NCBI GenBank assembly: GCA_963729175.1
Contig: CAVSMY010000011.1
Coordinates: 151,926-215,925, forward strand
Direction of reading: 5' to 3'
Source: an uncultured Chloroflexia bacterium
GTDB taxonomy: Bacteria > Chloroflexota > Limnocylindria > Limnocylindrales > CSP1-4
Length of the DNA: 64,000 bases
The position numbers and the translations under genes are program-made. Under the pieces are notes generated by a model, which worked only from the letters and a program-made list of their open reading frames with translations, did no database searches and had not been told where the DNA came from. Below are positions 18,974-28,009 of the stretch, in pieces. Position 1 is the first letter of the stretch. Every line of letters begins with the position of its first letter.

Positions 18974-21152
18974 GTGACCGCCCTCAAGCCCGCCGACACC
19001 GGGCGCGCCGCAAGCGGCCGCGTCACGCGGGCTCGACGTGTCCGGGCAGCCGCATTCCCGTACCTGAACCGCGAGCTGTCGTGGTTGGAGTTCAACGCCC
19101 GCGTCCTCCATGAGGCCCGCGACGAGCGGAACCCGCTCCTCGAGCGGGCGAAGTTCCTGGCGATCTTCGCGTCGAACCTCGACGAGTTCTTCCAGGTCCG
19201 GATCGCCGGCCTGCGCCAGCAGGTCCAGACCGGCTCGACGTCCGTCTCCGCCGACGGCCGGACGGCCCCCGAGCAGCTGGCCGCGTCGCGTGCCCGCGTC
19301 CTGGAGCTCGTCGCCGAGCACTCGGTCATCTGGACCGACGTCAAGGCCGCGCTCCACGCCGAGGGCATCGCGATCCTCGACTACGACGAGGTCCCCGATC
19401 ACCACACCCGGTTGCGCGAGCGGTTCCTCGACGAGATCTTCCCGGTCCTCACGCCGCTGGCCGTCGATCCCGGCCATCCGTTCCCGTATATCAGCACGCT
19501 CAGCCTGTCGATCGCCGTCGGGCTGCGAGACCCCGACACCGGCGAGCGACGGTTCGCCCGGGTGAAGGTCCCGCCGATCCTGCCTCGGCTGCTCGAGCTG
19601 GATCACGGCCAGTTCGTCCTCATCGACCAGGTGATCGAGGCGAACCTCGACCTGCTGTTCAGCGGGATGGAGATCCTCGAGACCCATCTGTTCCGGGTGA
19701 CCCGCAACGCCGACCTCGCGATCGAGGAGGACGAGGCCGACGACCTGATGTCGGCCATCGAGGAGGAGCTCCGCCGGCGCCGCTTCGGCGAGGCCGTCCG
19801 GCTCGAGGTCGAACGGTCGATGCCGGCGACGACCCGGGCCCTCCTGATCAAGGGCATCGGCCTGGCCGAGGAGGACTGCTTCGAGGTCGCCGGGATGGTC
19901 GACCTGACCTCGCTCTGGCAGATCGTCGCGATCGACCGGCCGGACCTCAAGGACGCGCCCTGGACGCCGGTCACGCCGGCCCGCCTCCAGCCGCCCGACG
20001 ATGACGAGGCGGCGGACATCTTCGCGGCCATCCGGGCCGGCGACGTCCTGGTCCACCACCCCTATGAGAGCTTCGCCTCGACGACCGAGCGGTTCATCGC
20101 CCAGGCGGCGGACGACCCCGAGGTCCTGTCGATCAAGATGACCCTCTACCGGACGTCGGGCGACTCGCCGATCGTCCAGTCGCTGATCCGGGCAGCCGAG
20201 CGCGGCAAGCAGGTCGTCGTCCTCGTCGAGATCAAGGCCCGCTTCGACGAGGAGGCGAACATCGTCTGGGCCCGCAAGCTCGAGCGTGCGGGGGCCCACG
20301 TCGTCTACGGCCTGGTCGGCCTCAAGACCCACAGCAAGACGGCGCTGGTCGTCCGCCGCGAGGGCTCGTTCCTGCGGCGCTACGTCCACATCGGGACCGG
20401 CAACTACAACCCCCGGACGGCGCGCCTGTATGTCGACATCGGGCTGCTCTCGTGCCGCGACGAGCTGGGCGCCGACGTCACCGACCTGTTCAACGTCCTG
20501 ACCGGCCTGTCGCGCCAGCGGACGTTCCGGCGGCTGCTCGTGGCGCCGCACACGCTCCGGACGCGGTTCCTCGACCTGGTCGATCGCGAGATCGCAATTC
20601 GCCGAATCCGGACAGCCGGCCCGGATCGTGATCAAGTGCAACGCGATCGTCGACCCGGCCTGCATCGAGGCCCTCTACCGGGCCAGCCAGGCCGGGGTCG
20701 AGATCGACCTGATCGTCCGGGCGACGTGCGCTCTGCTGCCGGGTGTCGAAGGCGTGTCCGATCGGATCCGGGTCCGCTCCATCGTCGGGGAGTACCTCGA
20801 GCACTCCCGGATCTGGCGGTTCGGGAACGGCGGGCTCGAGGAGTGGTACATCGGGTCGGCCGACCTGATGGAGCGCAACCTCGACCGACGGGTCGAGGCG
20901 GTCGTGCCCGTCGAGGACAGCGTGGCCCGGGCGCGGATCGCCGAGATCATCGAGGTGATGCTCGCCGACGACCGCCACAGCTGGCAGCTCCGGTCCGACG
21001 CGACGTGGCGCCGGACCGAGGTGATCGAGGGCCGGGAAGGCACGATCGGCACGTTCGAGGTCCTCAAGGAACGCGCGCTCTGGCTCGGCGACGCCTCGCT
21101 TATCCCGCATCGACCTGGTGCCGGCGCCGGGTCGATGGACCCGCGTGCCTGA
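18974..21152 (+). pseudogene. ppk: Polyphosphate kinase 1, one frameshift near 20590-20610
   Basis: ORF 18785..21160 frame from GTG 18974: YLNRELSWLEFNARVLHEA...RAKFLAIFASNLDEFFQVR...FPVLTPLAVDPGHPFPYIS...MTLYRTSGDSPIVQSLIRAAERGKQVVVLVEIKARFDEEANI...GLKTHSKTALVVRRE...YVHIGTGNYN. The C-terminus is in ORF 20628..21152 (IKCNAIVDPACIEALYRASQAGVEIDLIVRATC...GEYLEHSRIWRF...SADLMERNLDRRVE). Confidence 0.9.
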
Positions 21153-21173
21153 CGGGATAGGAGTGCTGCACCG

Positions 21174-23189
21174 GTGACCACCGCACGCACGACCGAGATC
21201 GAGCTGAAGTACCGCGTGACCGACTCGGAGGCCGCGGAGCGGTTGGTCGCCGATCACCGGCTCGGCGATCTGATCGCGACCGGCCCGGCCCGCACCAGCC
21301 AGCACGAGGACCACTACGTCGACACGGCCGACGGCGCCCTCGCCCGGGCGGGGTTCGCGGTCCGGCTCCGCCAGGCGGGCGGCGCGACGATCGTCTCGAT
21401 CAAGTCGCTCGCCCGCGACGGCGGCGGCGCGCTGCATCGACGGGTCGAGCTCGAAGGGCCTGCGGATCGGGCGACCCGTCCGCATGACTGGCCGGGCTCG
21501 GCCGCCCGATCGATGATCCTCGAGCTCGCCGGCGACGCGCCCCTCGTCCAGCTCGTGGCCCTCCGGCAGCTCCGCCGGAAGCGACGCTACGCCCGCGACG
21601 GGACCGAGGTCGAGCTGAGCCTCGATTCGGTGGATGTCGTGGATCGGGGCCGGATCATCGACTCGTTCCGCGAGCTCGAGGTCGAGCTGGTCGCGGGCGA
21701 CCCGGCCGTCCTTGACGGGCTGGCGGAGCGGCTGGCGGACAGCCCCGGCCTCGACGCCGCCGAGCGCTCCAAATACGAATTGGCGCTCGATGCCGCGGGC
21801 ATCGTCATCGGTCGCACGTCCGCCGGACCCGGCGACCCGGCCGGACGGCCCTCGCGAGCGCGGAGCCGGGCGAAGCCGCCCGAGTCGACCGCGGCCCCGG
21901 TCGTCGCCGAGGAGTCCCAGAAGCCGGCCGAGCCGATGGCGACGTCCGCACCCGCCACCGGCGGGCCAGCGGACCCCACGACCACCGGCGAGACGAACGG
22001 CGCGGCGACGGATCGCCCGCCGACCTCGCCGACCACGAACGGCAGCGCGCCTCTCGCTGGGGACCCTGACGCCGAGTCCGGGTCGACCCCGGGGACGACG
22101 TCCGAGGATCCGGCCGGATCGCCGCGGCCGGCGCGGACGGGTGCCGGCGCGGCCAGACGGGCCGCGAGTGCGAAGGCGGCCGAGGCTCCGGTCGGTGCAT
22201 CGGAGGCGCCCGACGCCGCCGCACCTGAGTCAGCGGAGGCACTCCCGATCCTCGTCGTCGGGAAGACGCCCGGCGTGCGGGCCGACGACACGCTCGCCGA
22301 GGCCGGTCGGAAGATCCTCCGCTTCCACCTCGCCCGGATGCTCGCCCGAGAGCCGGGCACGCGGACCGGCGAGGACATCGAGGACCTCCACTCGATGCGC
22401 GTCGCGACCCGTCGGATGCGGGCCGCGTGGCGGGTCTTCGGCGACGCCTACCGGCCCGGCCGGACCAGGCGATATCGGCGCGATCTTCGAGACGTCGCGC
22501 GCCGGCTCGGCGCGGTCCGCGACCTCGACGTCCTGCTCGACGGGATCGGGGCCTACGCGAAGACCCAGTCGGCCCAGGAGCGCGACGGCCTTGAGCCGCT
22601 CGTCGCGGCGTGGCGCCGACGTCGCGAAGAGGCCCAGGTGCTCCTGCTCCGGACGCTCGACACGCCCGCCTATGGCCGCTTCTCCGAGGAGTACCGCGAG
22701 TTCGTCAGCACCGACGGCCTGGCGGTCCTGCCGGTCGCCCCGACGGCGCCTCATCGGGTCCGGGACCGGATGCCGTCGCGGATCTGGACCGCGTACGAGC
22801 AGGTCCGGGGTTACGAGCCGGTCCTGCGGTGGGCCGACGTCGAGACCCTCCACGAGCTCCGGATCGCGGCCAAATGGCTCCGTTACACGATCGAGTTCGT
22901 CCGCGAGCCGCTCGGCGTCGAGTCGGCCGTCCTGATCGAGCGCGTCGTCGCGCTGCAGGACCACCTGGGCTACCTGCACGACGCCGATGTCGCAGCGAAC
23001 CTCGCCCGGTCATTCCTCGTCGAGCACGCCGGCGACCTCTCGGACCATGAGACCGCGGCGATCGGCCGCTACCTGATCGACCGCGAGCGCGAGCTGGCGC
23101 GCCTCCGCCGGACCGTCGGCCCGACCTGGCGCCGTGTCGCGGGCCTTGCCTATCGGCGCGCGCTCGCCCGGACGATCGCCGGCCTCTAG
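21174..23189 (+). CDS. CYTH domain (triphosphate tunnel) - CHAD domain fusion protein with long disordered linker
   Basis: ORF 21174..23189. N-terminus EIELKYRV...HEDHYVDTADGALARAGFAVRLR...VELSLDSVDVV...FRELEVEL (CYTH). About 170 aa of Pro/Ala/Thr/Ser-rich linker. C-terminal CHAD helices (DIEDLHSMRVATRRMRAAWRVF...LHELRIAAKWLRYTIEF). Confidence 0.85.
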   Translation: MTTARTTEIELKYRVTDSEAAERLVADHRLGDLIATGPARTSQHEDHYVDTADGALARAGFAVRLRQAGGATIVSIKSLARDGGGALHRRVELEGPADRATRPHDWPGSAARSMILELAGDAPLVQLVALRQLRRKRRYARDGTEVELSLDSVDVVDRGRIIDSFRELEVELVAGDPAVLDGLAERLADSPGLDAAERSKYELALDAAGIVIGRTSAGPGDPAGRPSRARSRAKPPESTAAPVVAEESQKPAEPMATSAPATGGPADPTTTGETNGAATDRPPTSPTTNGSAPLAGDPDAESGSTPGTTSEDPAGSPRPARTGAGAARRAASAKAAEAPVGASEAPDAAAPESAEALPILVVGKTPGVRADDTLAEAGRKILRFHLARMLAREPGTRTGEDIEDLHSMRVATRRMRAAWRVFGDAYRPGRTRRYRRDLRDVARRLGAVRDLDVLLDGIGAYAKTQSAQERDGLEPLVAAWRRRREEAQVLLLRTLDTPAYGRFSEEYREFVSTDGLAVLPVAPTAPHRVRDRMPSRIWTAYEQVRGYEPVLRWADVETLHELRIAAKWLRYTIEFVREPLGVESAVLIERVVALQDHLGYLHDADVAANLARSFLVEHAGDLSDHETAAIGRYLIDRERELARLRRTVGPTWRRVAGLAYRRALARTIAGL

Positions 23190-23206
23190 GCCCGCCGCGC
23201 GCGGGC
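23190..23206 (+). terminator. GC-rich hairpin immediately after the CYTH-CHAD stop
   Basis: gcccgc-cgcgc-gcgggc, a 6-bp stem, starting 1 nt after TAG 23187-23189. No U-tract. Followed by a 20-bp tandem duplication (ccgcgcggtcggcgccggc at 23217 and 23237) in the convergent intergenic gap. Confidence 0.35.
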
Positions 23207-23265
23207 CGCACGGGCTCCGCGCGGTCGGCGCCGGCCCCGCGCGGTCGGCGCCGGCTCGACAGCGG

Positions 23266-24513
23266 CTACGGGATCCAGCCGTGGGCGAGCGCTTCGAGCC
23301 GGTCGCGCCAGGCCCGGCCGGCATGCTCCGTGACCATGACCAGGCCCTCGCGGATGCCGGCTTCGGAGACCGTCAGCTGATCGAGCCCGTAGTGCTCGAG
23401 GACCGCATCCAGGATGACCGCACCCGCCGGCAGGATCCGCGCTCGGATCGGGTTGACCGCGTGGCGCTCGGCTGCGACCGAGGCCGGCTCGGTCAGCAGG
23501 ACGGACAGAGCCTCGTCGAGCCGGCGGCGGTCCAGGGTCCGGTCGAGGGCCGCGGCGGGCAGGACCCGCAAGAGGTTCGAAGCGGTCCCGCCGACCGCGA
23601 CGAGCTCGGTCGGTGACGCTCGGCGGGTCCGGCCGACGAGCCGACGGGCGGCAGCGCGCATCGCCTCGATCTCGGCGGGCACCGGCGGGTCGTGCTCGAC
23701 CCAGCGATCGGCGAGGCGCGCGCTGCCGGCCTCGATCCCGACGGCGTTCGCGGGATGCGCGGGGCCGACGAACACGATCTCACTGCTCCCGCCGCCGACG
23801 TCGAGGACCGCCAGCTCGGTCGAGACCGGACGCCCAGCGGTCACGCCGACGAGCGTGAGATATGCCTCCTCCTCGTGGCTCACGACGTGGAGCGGCAGGC
23901 CGCTCGCGGCTTCGACGGCCCGGATCGCCCGAGCTGCGTCGGCGACGCGACGGAGCGGCTCCGTCCCGACGAATGTGATCGACCGAGCGCCGAGCCGGCG
24001 GGCGGTCGCGCCGTAGCCGACGAGCGTGGCGACAAGGGCGCCGCGGGTCTGCTCGCCGAGCAGGCCACCGTCGGCCGCCGCACCCAGACCGAGGAACACC
24101 GACTCGTCGATGAGCGGCTCGATCCGATGCGGGGTGACGACCGCGACGAGCAGATGGACCGAGTTCGCCCCGCAGTCGACCGCCCCCACGACGGTCGGCT
24201 GGCGGTCCGCGGCGGTACGCCTCCGAGCGGCCGTGGCCGAGGTGGCGGCCCGAGCGCGGGTCGTGCCGGTCCTCCCGGCCGCTGGGGTGGTCGATCGGCG
24301 CGCGGTCGTGGCCGTCGACGTCCGGGTCGACGTGGCGGTCGATGTCGGGGTCGAGGTTGTGGTCGACGAGCGCGACCCGCGCCGCGACCGTCGCCCGCTA
24401 GCCTCCTCCGGCGCCGTCGTCGGGGCGATCGGGTCGAAGGGACCTCCGGTGATCGTCGGCCAGCCCGGCCGACACGGGTTCCGGCTCCGAAGCCGGCACG
24501 GGTCCGGGCTCAC
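23266..24513 (-). CDS. ppx: Exopolyphosphatase / GppA family (Ppx) with low-complexity N-terminal extension
   Basis: ORF 23266..24513. Core VGAVDCGANSVHLLVAVV...FVGTEPLRRVADA...EEEAYLTLVGV...VLDVGGGSSEIV...AVGGTASNL. GTG 24513 overlaps the upstream stop (GTGA). The first ~105 codons are Ser/Thr/Arg-rich, and a later start (GTG just before GAVDCG, about 24195) cannot be excluded. Confidence 0.8.
   Translation of the reverse strand: MSPDPCRLRSRNPCRPGWPTITGGPFDPIAPTTAPEEASGRRSRRGSRSSTTTSTPTSTATSTRTSTATTARRSTTPAAGRTGTTRARAATSATAARRRTAADRQPTVVGAVDCGANSVHLLVAVVTPHRIEPLIDESVFLGLGAAADGGLLGEQTRGALVATLVGYGATARRLGARSITFVGTEPLRRVADAARAIRAVEAASGLPLHVVSHEEEAYLTLVGVTAGRPVSTELAVLDVGGGSSEIVFVGPAHPANAVGIEAGSARLADRWVEHDPPVPAEIEAMRAAARRLVGRTRRASPTELVAVGGTASNLLRVLPAAALDRTLDRRRLDEALSVLLTEPASVAAERHAVNPIRARILPAGAVILDAVLEHYGLDQLTVSEAGIREGLVMVTEHAGRAWRDRLEALAHGWIP
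24314..24370. repeat. 12-bp tandem repeat x4.75 (GTCGACGTSSSG-like) inside the ppx 5' region
   Basis: gtcgacgtccgg gtcgacgtggcg gtcgatgtcggg gtcgaggttgtg gtcgacgag, read directly. Encodes (TSTx)n in the ORF frame, or (D-x-D-x) with 100 percent GC3 in the neighbouring minus frame. Confidence 0.7.
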
Positions 24514-25724
24514 CCGCCGGGGCGGGCGGTGGACCCGCGGCGGGCGGCGGACCGACCTCTGCAGGTGGGGGGGCAGCGGGCGCCGGAGCCGCAGCAGGCG
24601 GCCGGGCCGACTCGCCCGGCCGGACCCGCCGACCCATCGAGGTCGCCGCGACGCGGGCTACGGGCCCGTCGCGCGGCCGCAGGCGGTCCGGCGGCCGGCG
24701 CCTCGGTCACCGCCTCGACGGCCCGCTCGACCGGCATCTCGGCCTTCGCTTCGGCGGCATCGACCGGCGCCGTCTCCATCACGGGTTCGCCGACCTCCGG
24801 CACCGTCGTGGCCTCCGGCGCAGTCTCGGACTCGATGGGGAGCGCGGCATCCGACTCGACCGGGATCGCGGTCTCGGGCGTGACCGACACGGCCATCGGA
24901 TCCGGCAGCGGCAGGTCGACCGTCGTCGAGGCGACCTCGGCCATCGCATCGGCGGTAGCTCCGGTCGCGGGGCTGGTCCTCGACTTGCCGTTCGATCGAC
25001 TCGTGCCCGCTGCGCTCGTCCGGGTCGTGGTGGGTCGGGCCGGACCGCTCCGGCTCGCTGGCTTCGATACCGACCGCGGCGTCCGCTTCGATGCCGCCTT
25101 CGATGCCGGTCGCGCGGCGCCGACCCGGGTCACCCGACCGGCGGCCGCAGCCGTGCCCTTCGCCACTCGTGTCGCCGCCTCGGCCGTGGCGCGCGTCGCA
25201 CGGGTCGTGACCGTCGCCGTGCCGCGGACCGCGCGGGTCGCCGCCTTGGCCGTGGCCCCGCGCACGCCGCGCGCGGCCTGGACCGTCGCACCGGCGACCT
25301 CGGCCGTCACCGCGGCGACACCGCGTCCCGCGCCGGCCGTGGCGCCAGATGCGTCGCGCGCGACATCGATGCCCGCCTCGGCGAGATCGTTCAGCTCGGC
25401 CTCGGCGCGATCGAGCAGGGCCCGCGCCGCATCGGCGGTCGGTTCCTCGACCGATCGGGCGAACTCGCGGATGCGAGCGGCCACGCCCTGGAGCTCGTCG
25501 ACGGCGGCCTCGAGCTGCCGACGGCGCTTGCCACGTCCCCTGCCGGCTCTCTCCGCGTCCTCGAGCTGGCGGCGCCGCTTGCGGGCCAGTCGGAAGACGT
25601 CGTCGAGCTCCGCGTCGAGCGTCCTGAGCCGGCGGCGGGCGGCCCGCTCCGCGTCGCGCATCGCCTCGTCCGTGCCCGCGATCTCGTGGGCTCGTTCTCG
25701 TGCCGTCTTGGTGGCCTTGGCCAT
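24510..25724 (-). CDS. Hypothetical protein: N-terminal coiled coil, basic Ala/Thr/Arg repeat block, acidic Pro/Glu tail
   Basis: In the ORF 24510..26015 frame from ATG 25724, with GAGGAG (25731-25736) 6 nt upstream. MAKATKTARERAHEIAGTDEAMRDAERAARRRLRTLDAELDDVFRLARKRRRQLEDAERAG...; middle ...RGATAKAATRAVRGTATVTTRATRATAEAATRVAKGTAAAAGRVTR...; tail ...PETAIPVESDAALPIESETAPEATTVPEVGEPVMETAPVDAAEAKAEMPVERAVEAVTEAP. No family recognised. Confidence 0.65.
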   Translation of the reverse strand: MAKATKTARERAHEIAGTDEAMRDAERAARRRLRTLDAELDDVFRLARKRRRQLEDAERAGRGRGKRRRQLEAAVDELQGVAARIREFARSVEEPTADAARALLDRAEAELNDLAEAGIDVARDASGATAGAGRGVAAVTAEVAGATVQAARGVRGATAKAATRAVRGTATVTTRATRATAEAATRVAKGTAAAAGRVTRVGAARPASKAASKRTPRSVSKPASRSGPARPTTTRTSAAGTSRSNGKSRTSPATGATADAMAEVASTTVDLPLPDPMAVSVTPETAIPVESDAALPIESETAPEATTVPEVGEPVMETAPVDAAEAKAEMPVERAVEAVTEAPAAGPPAAARRARSPRRGDLDGSAGPAGRVGPAACCGSGARCPPTCRGRSAARRGSTARPGG

Positions 25725-25737
25725 GATCCGCTCCTCG

Positions 25738-26670
25738 TCAGCGGGCGGCGTCGCGCCGCCCAAGGCCGCCTTCGAACAGGGTCGCCGGTCGTCCCGTCGC
25801 GACAGACCGGCGGCGGACGACCAGTGTGCCACCTTCGACGTCGATCTCGAGGAAGCTCGCGTCACGGCGGCCGTCGTTGACGAGCGCGCCGGCGCTGGCC
25901 ACGACCAGCGCCCGCTCGCCGGTCGCGATCCGCCAGGCATGAGCCCGATGGACGTGTCCATGGAGGGCGAGGTCGACCTCGAGATCGAGGAGCAGGGCGA
26001 GGACGTCTCCGGCACGATGACTCAGGTCGCCGTCGCGGAGCTTCCGGCCGGGGACCGGCAAGAGACCGTGATGGAGGGCGAAGACGCGCAGGGCGCCGCG
26101 GTCGGCCCGCCGCATCGCCTTGGCCGCTTTCTCGAGCGTCGACGACCGCAGGCGGGGGTTCGAGTCGACACCGACGACGTGGAGGCGGTCGGTCGCGATG
26201 ACCGGGGTCGGGTCGCCGAACCGGGCGGTCCACCGATCGAGCGGTGACGCGGAGTCAGCATCCGCCGGAGACCCGGTCGCCGCCGCATCGGCGTCCGCCG
26301 GCGACTCCAGACCCAGGCTCAGGACCGGCTCGAGGGCGAGGAAGTCGTCGAGGTCTGCATCGACCGGCAGCGCGCGGGCTTCGCCGGGGGCCCCGACCGA
26401 GGGCACGAGGTCGCGGTTGCCGGGGATCACCAGGCGTGGCACCGCGAGCCGTCGGAGCGCCCGGTGGACCGCATCGAGCTCGTCCGGGCGGCCGTCCGCG
26501 GTCAGATCGCCCGTCACGACCGCCAGGTCGGGTGCCGACGACGCGACCCGCTCGATCAGCTGGTCGAGGGCGGCGGCGAGCTCCGGGGAGCCGTCGTAGT
26601 GGAGATCCGACAGATGGGCGATCCGGATCCGGCCCGCGTTCCGGATCCGGTCCGCGGTCCGACGACCCAT
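25738..26670 (-). CDS. Metallophosphoesterase (calcineurin-like)
   Basis: ORF 25738..26670. Motif order IAHLSDLHYD, VVTGDLTADG, VIPGNRDL, FALHHGL, LHGHVHRAH. The start overlaps the upstream stop by 1 nt (TGATG at 26668-26672). Confidence 0.8.
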   Translation of the reverse strand: MGRRTADRIRNAGRIRIAHLSDLHYDGSPELAAALDQLIERVASSAPDLAVVTGDLTADGRPDELDAVHRALRRLAVPRLVIPGNRDLVPSVGAPGEARALPVDADLDDFLALEPVLSLGLESPADADAAATGSPADADSASPLDRWTARFGDPTPVIATDRLHVVGVDSNPRLRSSTLEKAAKAMRRADRGALRVFALHHGLLPVPGRKLRDGDLSHRAGDVLALLLDLEVDLALHGHVHRAHAWRIATGERALVVASAGALVNDGRRDASFLEIDVEGGTLVVRRRSVATGRPATLFEGGLGRRDAAR

Positions 26671-27308
26671 CAGCCGACCCCCGCCAGCGCCCCGGCCAGG
26701 TGCCGGTCGACGGCCGCCTCGATCCGTGGCTCGACCAGGACGGGCGGACCGTCGGCATCGATCCGGACGAAGCCGTCGCGGGCCGCGAGCTCGGTGAACA
26801 GGGCCCCGAGGCGCGACTGGTAGAGCCGGTAGCTCTCATGCAGGTCGGACGCGAGACCCAGATCGAGCCCGGCCTCGTAGGGATGCGGCTCGCGGTCGCG
26901 CCGGCCGAGCGAGGTCTCGACCGACACATCGAGCCAGACGACGAGGTCCGGCGGAGGCGCGAAGGCGAAGACGGCGGCGAGCCAGGCCGGGTCCACGCCG
27001 CGGACGGCCGCCCGGACCTGCGGTGTCGCGGTGTAGCGGTCGACGAGCACCACGAGCCCGGCCTGAAGGGCCGGGCCGATCGTCAGCTCGAGTCGCTCCG
27101 CGAGGTCGGCCGCGTACAGGAGGGCGAGCGCGGCGGCGTCATGGCTGCGCTCGTTGCGGGCCCGGCGGATCCGTGGCCCGGCGATCTCCGACGTCCCGAG
27201 CGACGAGCGGACGACGGCTCGGCCGACGCCCCGGAGGTGCTCCTCGAGGAGGGCGGCGTGGGTCGAGCGCCCGGACCGGTCGATGCCCTCGAGCACGATG
27301 AGGCTCAC
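26670..27308 (-). CDS. Thymidylate kinase-like protein with degenerate P-loop
   Basis: In the ORF 26670..27395 frame from GTG 27308 (GTGA overlap with the upstream stop). VSLIVLEGIDRSGRSTHAALLEEHL...LLYAADLAERL...VLVDRYTATP...PPDLVVWLDV. The Tmk-like motif order is kept, but the Walker A reads GIDRSGRST instead of GxDGxGK(S/T)T. Confidence 0.7.
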   Translation of the reverse strand: MSLIVLEGIDRSGRSTHAALLEEHLRGVGRAVVRSSLGTSEIAGPRIRRARNERSHDAAALALLYAADLAERLELTIGPALQAGLVVLVDRYTATPQVRAAVRGVDPAWLAAVFAFAPPPDLVVWLDVSVETSLGRRDREPHPYEAGLDLGLASDLHESYRLYQSRLGALFTELAARDGFVRIDADGPPVLVEPRIEAAVDRHLAGALAGVG

Positions 27309-27946
27309 AGGATCGGCCGGATCGCGCCACGGACGCGGCGCTCCAGGTCCTCTCGCGGAAGGCGGGCATCGAGCCGCAGGACGGTGACCGGCCACGGCGT
27401 CGCATCAGCATCCTCCGCGGTCGCGGCAAGTCCGTCGTAGGCGGCGAGGAGCCGCTCGACGAACGCCCGGTAGGCATCACCCACCACCGCGAGCTCCTCC
27501 GTCCTGGGCCGGGAGGCAAGAGCCCGCTCCACGACGACGGCCGAGCGCTCGCGGAACAGGAGCACCAGATCGGGCCGCGGCAGCGGCGCATGGAGCGTCC
27601 CGAGCCAGGTCGGGTCGAGCCCCCGGGCAGCGTGCCGCGCGACGGCGGTCCAGGCGTAACGGTCGGCGAGCACGATCCGGCCGTCGGCGAGGCGAGGCCG
27701 GATCCGTCGATCGGCCGCGGCCACGTCGTCGGATGCCTCGAGGAGGGCCGCCACCCGCGGCGTCAGGCGCGTCCGGCCGCGGGCCGATGCGGTCGCGGCG
27801 CGGACCGAGGGACTCGGTTCGCGGGCGACGACGCTGACCCGCCGACCGCTCCGCTCGAGCCATCGCGCGAGGCGCTCGATCGTCGTCGTCTTGCCGACCC
27901 CGTCCGGTCCCTCGGCGGCGATGAGGAGCGGCTGCGTGACGGGCAT
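27305..27946 (-). CDS. Thymidylate kinase-like P-loop kinase
   Basis: ORF 27305..27946. LLIAAEGPDGVGKTTTIERLARWLERSG (intact Walker A), VLADRYAWTAVA (DRY motif), RPDLVLLF. First gene of the operon. Confidence 0.75.
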   Translation of the reverse strand: MPVTQPLLIAAEGPDGVGKTTTIERLARWLERSGRRVSVVAREPSPSVRAATASARGRTRLTPRVAALLEASDDVAAADRRIRPRLADGRIVLADRYAWTAVARHAARGLDPTWLGTLHAPLPRPDLVLLFRERSAVVVERALASRPRTEELAVVGDAYRAFVERLLAAYDGLAATAEDADATPWPVTVLRLDARLPREDLERRVRGAIRPIL

Positions 27947-28009
27947 CGGTCCCCATGGTAGGGGCGCTCGACGCGGGCTGGCCGGCGCGTCCCGGAGCCG
28001 GATCGGGCC

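Noticed and set aside
23217-23255. 20-bp direct duplication (ccgcgcggtcggcgccggc twice) between the CYTH-CHAD and ppx stops
   Set aside because: It lies in a convergent terminator region and is most simply a slippage duplication. It has no palindromic character and no match to the GTTAAC boxes.
26157-26166. tRNA T-loop-like GGTTCGAGTC
   Set aside because: No acceptor or anticodon stems can be drawn around it, and it lies inside the metallophosphoesterase coding frame. I found no tRNA, rRNA or tmRNA-like region anywhere in the window.
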